From Takakia lepidozioides (taxonomy: Eukaryota; Plantae; Bryophyta): a stretch of 64,000 nt of DNA. Shown in pieces: positions 51,401-63,388 of the stretch. The notes under the pieces are model-generated. The model ran no database searches, was not told where the DNA came from, and saw only the letters and a program-made list of their open reading frames with translations. Within the stretch, counting starts at the first letter, position 1. Each line of letters starts with the position of its first letter. The stretch spans positions 82,646,001 through 82,710,000 of the forward strand of contig CM060732.1 in assembly GCA_030704615.1 (NCBI GenBank). The letters are read 5' to 3'. Both the position numbers and the translations under genes were made by a program.

Positions 51401-54400
51401 TAGACCTTGTGCAGATTTTCTGGAGCAGAAAATGGACAAGAGAAGTAAGACAGGGTATGAGAAGGAGTACTCCGCAGCCGCCCTGGGGCTGATGTATCAT
51501 GATACGAGCATTCGGCATGGAAAAGCGCTTGCCCTTCTCTCCCCCTGCCAGCAGAAGGGCACCTTGGCTGGCCGCTATGCCAAAGCACACTGTGCTCACT
51601 GCTGGCTTAATCTGCACCCACGCGCATAGTGCAAATCAAGAGTTATAATCTGTGACAATTGCTGCTACAACAGATGGCCCCCACCAGAGACCTGGAGTGA
51701 GAACTCTTCCAGTAGAGTTACAATTCAGCTACAATGGCATGCCTCTGTACATCTAATTCGATTTTGCAAGACCCTAACTCTAGCTCAATCCTGACAGAAC
51801 TGTGGCATTTATGTAGTGAGATGGGGTATTACAGTCAGTACCACTTGTGTTATCGAATACTGCTACAATATAAAGAAACAGGGATAGCAATGGGAGGAAG
51901 ACAGACAGGGAGAAAGTCATGGTGAGAGAAGGTGAGGAGTTTCAGATGGAACAGCCCATGCTCAGATGCGGAAAAGGATCTACAATTTATAGGTGACCTC
52001 TGCATCTGCAATGACAACAGAACCATTGTTGTGATGGACTCCACACCTACCCATGCCATGGTGTCATAGATTGCAAGAATTGAATATGTGCTTCCACCCG
52101 GGCAATTGATATACATCTGCCAACCCTCATTTGTCCCCACACACAGACATTCATAAGAAACCTTAACCACCAGGATTCGGACCTAGGCGGAGAACCACCA
52201 ACCTATCGCCAAACAAAAGGGACTTGTGCAGATTGTGGAAGTGGTGCAAGAAAAAGGACCCCATGAAGCAAATATCAAATTTCAGTATGAATTTGTCTAG
52301 CAAGAGTCTCAAGGATTCTGAAGGCAACAAATTTAATACTTTTGAGGGCAAACGATGGTCCTGTCACCCAAATTGGGCAAGTTTCAACAGTTTTACTCTT
52401 AACTAGTGCCAATCTACAAAATCCATTTGTAGCAAAAATTCCCTTGAAAGTACTTTAGAACGAAAATTGAGGTCAATCCCTACATGGAACAATGACCGGA
52501 TAACCATCACCAGTAGGAACAGCATCCATAGTTCTAGGGAAAACCAAGCTTCAAGAAATGTGAGCGAAATGGAAAAGGAGTGCTTCCTCACCTTAATATC
52601 CTCGTTCTCGTCAATGGAAGCCAGGGTCAAAAGCTGTGATATGACACGCTGTGCCACCTGCCACACAAATTCTTCACAGTATTTGCTACAGGTAATTGTT
52701 ACTTATAATGCAAACTCTGATAGCCTGGGGCCCTCCCTAACGCTTACTTTGAAGAGTCCAAACTAGGTGTGGGATTTGTGGCTATAAGGCTGCAAGCACA
52801 ATTCTGGGGTATATGATCAGATCATGTGGAGATACGGCACAGACCTTCCAGGAGGAAATCCTGAAGGACAGCCACCTTCATGTACAAAAGGTAGGCCACT
52901 GTACAGAGCGCATTCTTTTGTGATGGTAGTACCCATTCTTGCTTTCCTCTGCTACACTGCCCTTCCCCCTTCCCATCCACCTTCTGAACCCTCCCCGTTT
53001 GCTAAATCCAAACTCGGCAAGGGATTCCCACCCTGAGATTTTTTTTCCTGATCCAGATATGGACCAGGGGCCAGTGGCCATAAGCAAGTGCAAACACAGT
53101 GTTACCTTATATCACCTATATACAGACTCAGCAATTGGTACCTGTGAGTTCACTGGTGAGCCAACAAACACAATACGGTTGCGAAGCAACAATGTTTGCA
53201 AGTCGGTTGGCCCTGAAGGGGTCATCACAGCAGGAACAATTGGGGGTGCCCCTTTCTTTGCTGCCCTTATTTCGCCACTGTGCCATCAATAAACATGCAG
53301 ACTTGTAAGAGAGGGACTCGAAGGCACATACTTGTTGACCATCCATCTGAATGCTGGTTATGTTATATCCTAAGAAACTAGTCCATATGGTCTAGTTTTC
53401 ACACAGGAGGGTATGATTCGTGCTGTCTCAAAGCAGCCAACAGGCTGTCAGTTTTAGGATCAGAATTTACATCATACTAGGACCCATAGCCAGCCCCCCC
53501 CTGGAAGAGAAACAATGTCATTGTTAGCTGTGACATACCCTTCTGCGTATAGTCCCCATGGGACACTAACCCTCCTGGAGTTTGTTGGACCTTCAGCCCA
53601 CCAGACCAATGAAAGTCAACCCAATTGGTGACAGCGCCTCAACACACAACCTGTTACTAAAAAATGAGAGTTGACTTGCGTGCTAGGATTGACACCATTC
53701 CCAGTGTGATTCCAGCTGCAGCTCTACCACTCTACCTGGGAAAACAAGTGGAAAAAATGGCACTAGCAGTCACACTGTTGAAGCAAAACGGAAGGTAAGA
53801 GACAGACAGAGAAGAAAACAGAATATCACCCATAGTCATATTTCAGCCCTGCAGTATTCCAGTAGCTTCAAGCAACCGCTTGAGGGAAAAAATTCTGCTA
53901 TAATGTTAGACGGATGGCCTTTGGATTCCAGGTATGCTCAGGGCTAACACTCTTCGGATGCAATTTGAAGTCTGCTGCACATGGACTTAAAGGTTCAATC
54001 GGGGTGCCTGATTTTAGGGTTTAAGAATGATTCGTGAACGTGCACAATCTTCGGTTTCTTCCAATTACCGACTACACTGTGCAACCATGCTTGTGCGTGG
54101 TGGTTTGAGGGAGATATATATTCATGAGACAGTTGTGGCACTACCCCTCCCCAAGATCCACCCACAGCGGGGCCGATGCGCAAGAGAACCCACCTCGTTA
54201 AATTCTGTAGATTCCACGAAGATGAAGACGACGCAGACAAGATGCACGTTGGGTGTGGTCTTGCGGGCCGGAAACTCTTGAGAGACACGCGACGACTTAC
54301 TAGATGAGAGAAGGACAAGTCAGGTCTGAGGGGCGTGTCTACGAAATGGCTATGGGAGCTCCTCAATGCTTGCGGCATCAAGGTTGATGCCGGAGACGCC

Positions 54401-54423
54401 GCCATGGCTGCAGATCGCACCAT
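48410..54423 (-). CDS. CLPP6: Plastid ATP-dependent Clp protease proteolytic subunit, ClpP6-like
   Basis: Exons about 54423-54194 (transit peptide), 53277-53142, 52657-52592, 52116-52051, 51611-51471, 50892-50839, 48986-48894, 48457-48410. [24 protein letters not shown] (Ser), MIHQP (His), DRFFS (Asp), C-terminus [11 protein letters not shown]. Confidence 0.93.
49348..49915 (-). mobile_element. 5'-truncated RTEX-like LINE copy in a ClpP6 intron
   Basis: ORF 49452-49871 ([23 protein letters not shown]) and the same 3' tail. Confidence 0.9.
49940..50680. repeat. Degenerate LTR/TRIM-like repeat cluster with (GA)n tracts
   Basis: TGTACT..AGACGTTG.TTGCCGTAGCC at about 49978, 50471 and 50562; a TG...CA segment 49978-50353 abuts a PPT-like tract. 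Confidence 0.45.
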
Positions 54424-55324
54424 CCCCCCAGACCCTGTGGAGCTGTGCTCTTGAAGCTTGCTGTTTGGTGGACTCTTTGAGACTCTGCCTGCGGTGTATT
54501 TGAACAGGACGTTATTATTCTTGTGGTTTGTTGGTGGATGTGGATTGGGGCAACTCACAGCTCAACTCAGACTTATGGTAACTTAACTTATTCTTGTTAC
54601 ACTCAACCAGTGTATGATGGCCTTTTTTCTTTTTCTTTTTCTTTTTGAAAAGGGGACGGAGGCCCTTTTAATCTGATGGCCTTTATAAGGAACCCGCTGG
54701 GGTCCGGGTTCGGGTTTTTTTTCTAGAGCCAAGTCCGGGTCCGGATCCGGGTTTTTGAAATTGGGCAAATCGGTCCCCCGATAGAATTGGCAGGTCAGGG
54801 TCGGGGTAAGGTAGTTGCTCCAAAATATTAGCGGGTATCATGGGTTCGGGTTCGGGTCCTAAATTGATTAAATAAATTAAAAATAAAATATATTTGGCTG
54901 GAAAAAAAACTGAATCCTAATGACGATTTTTACTTCAGGACATATTCTTTCAGGACGTGCCATAGATATATACCTATGGTTCCTTCACAAACTATATACA
55001 TGATGACACAAGAATTTAAAAAAATGGTCACACATGTCTGGTAGCCTTAGGGGCTGCAAACCTATTGTTTGTAGAAATGATCGTGCTGCTAAGAGCAGTG
55101 GCTTTCTTTGGAAGTTGGTTAATCGTATCTTACGTGTCTGCCAGTCTTGTTCTAATCCCAATTCAGTTTGTAACCAGTGTAATTTGCATACAGTCGGCCC
55201 TCTTTAAATGTTATGCATGGAGAGTAAGGAAAACATAACATTTACAGATATATAACAACTAACCGTAAAGGAGGGAGAAATATCCTACCATAACATTTTA
55301 TTTATTTATTTATTTTTTGGTTAA

Positions 55325-56127
55325 CCCTTAAGTTCCCAAACCCTTTTTTGACTTTTTACCAATTCTGGGTACCCAGCTGCAGTAAATTACCCCTATTCCT
55401 ACCAAAAATCATCCAGAGATTCCAGCCTTATAGCAGTGGGCCCACCTCATTTATGCATGACGTCCACTGCGGAAATTGTGAGATTATAACATTGGCCCGG
55501 ACCTCAAATATCAGGTCCCAAAGAAAAAGTGCGAAAGAAATAGGTTTGACCAAATCAAAACCTAGCTTTATCCAATTTTGCTTGCCCCAAGACCCACCAT
55601 TTCCAAATCAATAGTGGAGTGGCTATGATCCCACTAAATCAGGTCCAACTGATTTTTTCACCTATGGTTGCTATGCATGCAATTACATGGGGGTTGAAAT
55701 CTCAAAATTGACAAGAGAAAATGTGCCTCCAAATGAAGTACTTTTTTTTCTACAAAATTTTTAAAAGCCAACAGTGGATGTGTGTATGTAATGCTCACAC
55801 ACCACAAGGTGAAGTGTTTTTTCCAAAATTGTTAATTTTCTGCCAAAAATGGCCTTTGGAGTGCAATATGTTTTGGGCTTGTTTACCTGCCACGTCAGCG
55901 GTCAACAAGCCCTTTTCAGGCCCAAAACGTAAATGAGAGATCTAAGATATTTTTTTGTAGGTAGTAGCTTTTGTTTTTTTTCTTAGTTTTATTTTTTGCA
56001 TCATACTCGAGACAAATCCCTTGTCATTAAAGCTTCAGGAGTGGGCCCCATCAGATTAGATCTGCAAAAATTTGGTCCAACTGCAAATTCAAAGTGACCC
56101 CATTCAGGTCGCTTGGGAACTTGAGGG
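55325..56127. mobile_element. Non-autonomous piggyBac-like TIR element (803 bp)
   Basis: TTAA|CCCTTAAGTTCCCAA ... TTGGGAACTTGAGGG|TTAA: 15-bp TIR with one mismatch, TTAA on both sides, CCC/GGG termini, no long ORF. Confidence 0.75.
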
Positions 56128-56199
56128 TTAACAGGGGGATTACTGCCCTGGTTAATTTTATTATAAAATATTTTGGGGGGCAAGCCCTAATACATTATT

Positions 56200-58416
56200 T
56201 AGGATTATTTTGGGGGGGGGAAATTAAAACCCCTTTAATGCCATAAGGCACACACACCGTGATGAGTGGATGGAGAACTTAGCCAGAGAGCGACTCCTTT
56301 GACTATGTAATAAGACGACTGTGGCGACCAACTGCCTAAAGTGACCTGTCCATTACTAGAGCTGTCCATTACTAGAGCTGAGATATAAGTAGGCTGATCC
56401 GACCAGGAAGTACCCTAGGGATTAGCAACTAACCAATCCCACAGGCTTATTATTGTTCAACGGTAATTGAGCCTAGATGATGTCGCTGAGGATTTTATGT
56501 GTTTCCAGTTAACCACCCGGTCGAATTTCGGGGATGCTATGGATTGTCGAGCGTATGTTTCGCCATTGTAAGGGCGGAAGCTCCGGCCACGTGCAGGAGT
56601 CCTCCGAGGCGGTGACACAGATGAGGTTGTGGCGCGCCCAGGTGTTCCTAAATGCCTCGTAGATGGCAGCCGCTCCTCGTGAATTGCGTTGGATGTCTGC
56701 ACAAAGTTTAGCCCAGGCCTTTCGGGATTCAATACCAAGATCATAGAAGATGAGTGCCATATATTGAGGTAGTGTTTCCAGAGAAGGTTTTGGAGCATCT
56801 GGCCTTCCATAGATGCCATAGGACTAATCCTCGAAGGGCTTCGAATACAGGGCATGGGAGAGATTTCTGCTTGGATTGAGGGTTATAATTGAGGAGGATG
56901 TCAATAATTGAGAGGGGCCTGGGGCTCCAGTGGCTATAGAATTCCTTTACAAGAGGCCAGATTGTTCGAGGGGCCAAGCATCCCAGAAGCGCATGCTCTA
57001 TGGTTTCCAGGATAACCGAAGGACAGCATGCACAGAGGAGCGAAGATTGGAATTGAAGCCACTCCCCCACTTTCAATACCATGTTGGCAATCTACCAGAG
57101 GAGGGCCGCCACCTTGGCTAGTCTTGATCCAAACAAATCCCCAGATGATAGTCCATTTCTCATTTAGAAATCCGTGGTGGTGCCACCTTGAGTCCCACTT
57201 AGATTGTAATGGTTGGGTGTTCAATAGGGCTTTGTATCCCTTCTTTGTTGAGTAGGTGAAGAAGGGGTGGGGACCTCCGGGAAAGGTCCACGACCATTCA
57301 CCCAGATCCAGGGGAAGCTCAGCCAGAGGTCTGCCTAGGACCCAGAAGAATCTATTAACCTGCAGCCATTCGGCGGTGGTTTCCAGGGGTGGCGGGATAG
57401 GGTTCATCTCCTTGGAAGCGAAGACTCCATCCACAGATCCTGACCGGGGTTGGGGGGTCCAGGGAATATCAATGACTTGATCTGAGAGGAGCTGGAGCAG
57501 CATTGTGCCCTGATTGATGGAGAAAAGAAAGATTGCATGATGCGAGGCAGTGGAATCTTGCACAAAGAAGATGGACAGGCTGCCTGGGGCAGCTGCGGTC
57601 CCAACTGCAAGCTGGTTAGCCATCGGGGAGGGATGGAGCGTTTGATTTCTTCCAGGCCTTTGGCAGCTCTCACTTTACCAACCATTGTGGCAATGGTGTC
57701 CATTGATTTCCAGTCCCCATTTGCCCATAAATGACCGATCTTGGAAATTCCAAGGTGATCCCAGGCTGATCATCGTTTTGCCTCTTTCTTTTGGATAGCC
57801 AATGGAAAGTTTGAATTGAGAAAGAGGCTTTGGTGAATGGTTTCGTAGAATGATGTAGGCTCTGCCTTTTTAAAGGAATTTCTTGAGTTTGTCCCAGGAT
57901 CTCCATATGGTTTGCCAAAGCGGGGTCCCTACCATCTTGTGTTTAAACCCCTGAGTCATCCATCTGAAAAAAGGGTTCCATTTGGCTCTTTTGAGGGGCG
58001 AAGCCTGCATATTGTGTGGGGCCAAAAGGAACTTCCACCATCTCCCCTCTGGACCAAGAAAACGAGGAATCCATTTCGGTCAGATGTTTAGAGCCCTAAT
58101 ATGAAAGTTGGCGCTTAAGATTGGCTAGGATTGGGGCAAATCTTTGATCGTCCGATAGGCCAATGTCAAAGGTGTATCCCAGCAGGATTGTAGATTCACC
58201 TGGCTGAAGCCATGTAAGGCCATGTTGGGAGCCCCAGGTTGGTAGTGGGCCCATGGTTGTAGCCGTGAGGTCACCCACCAAGATTGCTGAAGTCTTGTTC
58301 CAATTCGCCTTGAATCCTAAGGCCGAGCAGAATGTGTTGAGTGTGATCCACCGTAGAGTCCAGATTGGCAGTATCTGCCTGGAGCATCAGGAAGGTATCA
58401 TCCAAGAACATAAAAT
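56200..58416 (-). mobile_element. Degenerate L1-clade LINE, 3' part of ORF2 (3' end approximate)
   Basis: MFLDDT (RT catalytic motif), LNTFCSALGFKANWNKTS, ILLGY, zf-RVT-like LCACC..ETIEHALLGC..W. Confidence 0.85.
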
Positions 58417-59199
58417 CACTACAATACAAACTGGGCTTTTCGACTCTGTATTTGACTCATTGTTTAGTCATTTGCGACATTTTTACTCCCAGCCTCCATA
58501 GTCGAACATGCGTGACAAAGGTCAAGTCGTTTCAGTCAAGCAGTCGAATCCAGATGCCAGGTTCTGACAGTGAAATGTGACAGTAAAACCTAGGGGGTGA
58601 CGTGTAGGCAGCACAGTATGACGTGGATGCGACGTGGCTATGACGTGGCTATGACGTGTAGTAAAGTGGTTTAACTGAATTATAAGGTGGATGCATGACG
58701 TGTAGTGAGTGGCTTAAGGGCAGAGTGACGTGGATGCATGACGTGTAGTAAAGTGGTTTAACTGAAGTGGAACATATTGACTATGTTCCATGATGTTTAG
58801 TATGCGGTTTGACTGTAAATCAGTGATAGTGAGTTTGCTTGACTTTGTATATTGTAATATTCTACTGTGAAGCAATAAAAGAGGACACATTTTAGTAAAT
58901 ATGTCACTCTGGAGGTGTATATACATATATACATATAAATATAATAATACATATATATATATGAATTGGGAGGCTTTTTATTTAATATTTGGTTTTTTTT
59001 GTTTATTACTGTTATTTCGTTTTTTTCATTTACTTTTAGTTTATATCTGTACGTATGTGAATTAGTGGATATTGTATTTAAATTTTTTGATTCGCTGCAC
59101 TGCATTGAAAATATATTACAAATACAACAAAATATAGAATACAAATACAGGTCAGAACCAAAAACATTTGGATGGCTCAAAACTGGTTTTATATCAAGA

Positions 59200-61100
59200 G
59201 TGATTTGCAAAACAAGTTTTGGCCACATTCTACAAATGACCAACATGAGGGCCATGTTGCCATATCCATAGAGCACTGCCTAACTGAAGTCATTGAGTAA
59301 GGATAATCTGCTGTGCAGCTAGGTCCAGCACTATCGTGGACATGTCAAGAGAACATTAGAAATCATTTTGAGAATGAATTCAGGTAGTTCCAGAGAATGG
59401 TGGTGCCAGCTACCTTGTCACCCAAAGTGACATCTACTTCCAGGGTTGCCTTGAAATACATATCCACCAAGGCAGTGTTTAGAGTGACAACTCCAGCTTT
59501 GACGATGTCATCATGGACCTTTGTGCCCTTTTGATGGCTGTCAGGCTCACATTTGACGTAGATGTACACCAGGGGAATGTTCAGAATGACATCTGGTTAA
59601 ATTCCAGCTTGGATAATGTCACCATAAACCTCTTTGCCCCTTCCCAGGGCTGCTAGGCTCGCATATGCATGTTACAAAAACAAATGAACATGACGGCCTG
59701 GTCTGGCTTCATCCCTTCCCACATCATTTGCTCTTATGTTTCCAAAGCCTTAATCCCATACCCATGCTGCACATACCTTGCAATCATGGCACTCCAAAAT
59801 ACCACAACTCGTTCAGCCATATTGTCAAACTCTCCCTTCACATCAGGCTTGCTGCACCCACATTTGGCACACATGTCCACCAAGGCAGAGTTCAGAATGA
59901 CAATTTCCCCTTTAACGATCAGCATAAGCAAGGGGAAGGAGACAGCAGAGCTGCTGCTCTCTCCCAGCGCCAAAAAAACCAAAAGAAAAAAAATGGAGGG
60001 GCTGAGAGAGCCGCCATGGCTGTGAAGTACCAATATGCTGCAACGTGATGTGGTTGGGCTTCACCCCTTCCCCCATCAATATTTGATCATAGGTCTCCAA
60101 AGCCTCCATACCATGTCCCTGCTGTGCATACCCTGCAAGCATCACCCATTCACAATCTCCAAAGCCTCCCTGCCAACCCAGTATATAAACAGAGTACACA
60201 TAAGTTCCTTGCTTTGCATCCTCAATGCACCCACATTGGGCATACATGTCCACCAGGGCAGAGTTCAGAATGACATCTGGTACAATTCCAGCTTTGACAA
60301 TGTCAACATAGACCTCTTTGACCTTTTCCAGGGCTGCCAGGCTTGCATAAGCATTGCAATCACACAAAAACGTGATGTGGTTGGGGCTTCACCCCTTCCC
60401 CATCATTTGATCATAGGTCTCCAAATCCACCATCCCACGCCCTGCTCTGCATACCCTGCGATGCTTGTGAGTGTGTACCTGTTTTCCAGCTTCCAGACCT
60501 TTTTGGCGTGAATCCACATCATTTGTTGGCACTAGGAAAGGGTTGAGACTGAGCTACTCAACTACTCCCTGGTCTTACATAGTGGGTTTACATAGTGTGC
60601 CAAGCACAACATCTGGAGCCAAAGCCTCCATCCAGTGCCCCTGCTGTGCATACCCTGCAAGCATCGAGTTCTACGACACCACATCAGCTCTGACAATGTT
60701 GCCATGGGCCTCTTTGCCCTTTTCCAGGGCTGCCAGGCTTGCACACGCACTGCAACCGCACACAAACCTGATCAGCCCAAAACCAATGGCCAGCCTCTCA
60801 CTGTGGTGGCAAAGAGAAAATTCCTTTTCCTCCTCCCCCACATCATGCAATACAAAGCGCGTATCAGACACATACCCCGCCTCCTTTCATCTGCCCAGAC
60901 AATCTTCTCAGCTCAGCATGGATTTCCTTAATTGGGATGCAACTTGTCATCTACAGCAAGGTGTGCACCCTGTTGCCAACCCCAATGCAGCAGCGACTTG
61001 GCTGCTTTCTAACCCCTCTGACCTTCATCATTCTTCTCACCTTTGCAGTACCTGCCAGCTGCAGCATACATGTTTGATACCAACACATAAGTCACGGCAT
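59200..61100 (-). pseudogene. Scrambled PLS-class PPR / E2 / DYW fragments
   Basis: YVLVSNMYAAAGR (E2), VRKQPSRCCIGVGNRVH (PG-box-like), [33 protein letters not shown] (DYW N-half), then repeated [12 protein letters not shown] / LNSALVDMYAQCG / WSAMIARYVQHG motifs with stops and frameshifts. Confidence 0.9.
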
Positions 61101-61784
61101 CCTGACTGCTGCTAGCACCTGACAATGACAGCCTAGATTTGTTCTAGGAAACACCTAACTCAACTTATCATACTAGTTCCTATGGTCAATTGCATCTGCT
61201 ACTCTTTGTAATCCAACAAGCATTCACCTTTTTGCCTCGATTGTCCCGCCATTGCCTGGGGTCAGAAAAGTATCAGAATTCAACATGAAAATTTAGGGCC
61301 AATTCTGATAAGAGGGAAAAACAGGGTGAAATTTGTTGAAGAAGGTACCTTCATTAGCAGTGCCTAATTTTATCAATTGAGCCGCTGGTGCTGTGGCTTC
61401 CAATTCACCATCTACCCATGCAGGTTTCGTGTAGCTATCCTTCCACAGGGAATCATAGGTAATCTGGAGCTTGAAATTCGGCCCTCTTGGATGAATCTGG
61501 ACCCACACTCTATCCCTGCTCCTTCAGCTATCCAGACCTCTGCACAAATCATGCACACATCCTTGCTTTGCTGTAGCTAGCAGCTGACACTGACGCCCTA
61601 ACCCTACCTACAGTAACATGTCAAAATCACTCCAAAACCACCATAGATCCACCAACGAGCTTCTCCTAATCTATGTTATCTGTTTTTGGATATTTTCCTG
61701 CTGCCACATCGACAGTAACTTGTCAAAGTCACTCCTAACCACCACAGATCCACCCAACGAGCTAACTTACAGAATTCAATATGC

Positions 61785-62592
61785 ATCTCAGGGCCGAGTC
61801 TGATGAGAGGGTAAAAACAGGCAGAAATAGGTTGAAGAAGAAGGTGCCTCACCACATTGTCGACCTTGACCTTGTGTCATGACCCATGGAGGATTTGACA
61901 GACCATCAACCCAAAAATCCTCTTGTGTGTGCTGCTTGTGTCCATCGTCAGGAACTGTCGGATTGGTTTGTGAGAACAACCACGGTGCAGCTGAGAAGAG
62001 ATTGAAACACGGCCTGCTAAGACCAAGCTCTCTCCCAAGAACCTTGTAAACATCAGGAAGAATACCAAATCATGGTACTAACAGAAGCCAACAGCCCACA
62101 TTTACATGATGGACAAACTTCTTCACATCGTACATTAAGAAAAAGCCACACCTTGCGATTGCGGTTGTCGCACCATCGTGAAGGATCTTTACAAAATTCA
62201 TGCCTGCTCTGCTCCATGCTGCAAATTCAGGGCCGAGTCTGATGAGCGGGCAAAACAGGCTGAAAGACGTCGAAGAAGGTGCCCTCACCACATTGTCCTC
62301 GACCTTGTGTCATGACCCATCGAGGATTTGACTGACCACCTCTTGTGTGTGCGCTTGTGTCTGTAGTCAGGTAATGTCGGATTGGTCTGCGAGAGGAGAA
62401 AGAAACCACCACGATGCAGCTGAGCGGGCGGAGATTGAAACACGGCCTGCTAAGACCAAGCCGACTCTCCCAAGAACCTTGTAAGCATCAGGAAGAATAC
62501 CAAATCATGGTACTAAGAGCCCACATTTGCAGGATGGACAAACATCTTCACATCGTACATTAAGAAAAGCCACACCTTGCGATTGTGGTTGT
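61785..62592 (-). repeat. Two tandem ~435-bp units inside the CACTA, related to 14237-14750
   Basis: GGGCCGAGTCTGATGAG at 61791 and 62230; GAAACACGGCCTGCTAAGACCAAG at about 62004 and 62437. Confidence 0.85.
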
Positions 62593-62779
62593 CCACCCAA
62601 GCTATTGCATATCCTGCAGATCCTCCCACGCAAACACAGCAAAACGATCAAGTCCCATAATTTACTCATCGCTGGACGCAATCCCGCACCCTAAATCCAT
62701 TTGAATTATTTGGATGAATGTATCGTAGATGGATGGATTTTGGGTTTTCCATCAATCTATCCATCCATCCATTTAATTT

Positions 62780-63025
62780 TCCGTTCATCCAACAGTTGCC
62801 AGCAAGGCGTTTGCTTTATCGTTCATTCATACGTTCATCCAGTGCACACAAATTATATTTCATACGTTCATCCAATAGCTGCCAGCAAGGCGTTTGTTTA
62901 TCATTCGTTCAGATAATTCAGTTGTTCTGTTTCACTAACCTTTCATACGTTCATCCAATAGCTGCCAGCAAGGCGTTTGTTTATCATTCGTTCAGATAAT
63001 TCAGTTGTTTTGTTTCACTAACCTT
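62780..63025 (+). repeat. ~83-bp tandem repeat inside the CACTA
   Basis: TTTCATACGTTCATCCAATAGCTGCCAGCAAGGCGTTTG.. twice, plus a diverged copy upstream. Confidence 0.85.
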
Positions 63026-63388
63026 AACCAGCACACGATTAATTTACTATTAATGTGTTGGGTCAGTGAAAAAATAGTTAAATGTTTTTACTTCTTATTA
63101 TCCACGTATATATTGCTATATATAGTTTATATATTTTGATTACACATGCCATTGCTTAACTGGTTGTCTCAGTCAGCTCATTTTAGGTAGTCAAAATCTC
63201 TCACTACATTCAAAAATTTTGCGGTTGTCTAGCACCTCGAATATTTTAATATAATTTTTGACTGCAAAATGGTTGGAACAGTCGAAAGTGAAAACAGTCA
63301 ACGCCAGCGTCAAACTAAATCGTCGAAATTACATAGGGTGTGTTGTAGTGAATCTACTATGTGGGTTGCCTGGTAGGTGTAGAAATTA

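Larger units (their letters stand above)
58417..63350. mobile_element. Non-autonomous CACTA (En/Spm) transposon with captured gene fragments (Pack-CACTA), 4934 bp
   Basis: CACTACAATACA ... TGTGTTGTAGTG TIRs (11/12 match); 3-bp TSD AAT (58414-58416 and 63351-63353); GAC/GTC-rich subterminal repeats; in-silico excision restores the L1 frame IVDFMFLDDT. Confidence 0.9.

Noticed and set aside
53830-53880. Possible extra ClpP6 exon
   Set aside because: In-frame stop when joined to exon 1; exon 1 splices in frame directly to 53277.
54695-54860. GGGTTCGGG/GGGTCCGG repeats upstream of ClpP6, possibly a MITE interior
   Set aside because: No TIR or TSD could be defined.
62235-62270. CTGATGA...GAAA resembling a hammerhead ribozyme core (also 61800-61830; GTGATGAG motifs in the LTRs)
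   Set aside because: Stem II cannot pair and there is no proper stem III or cleavage triplet; the LTR motifs lack CTGA.
14237-62592. Giant transposon with the inverted repeats as TIRs enclosing four genes
   Set aside because: The right copy is internal to a separate CACTA with its own TIRs and TSD; the outer edges do not match and have no TSD.
43290-63025. CRISPR-like arrays among the tandem repeats
   Set aside because: Eukaryotic context, no unique spacers and no cas genes.
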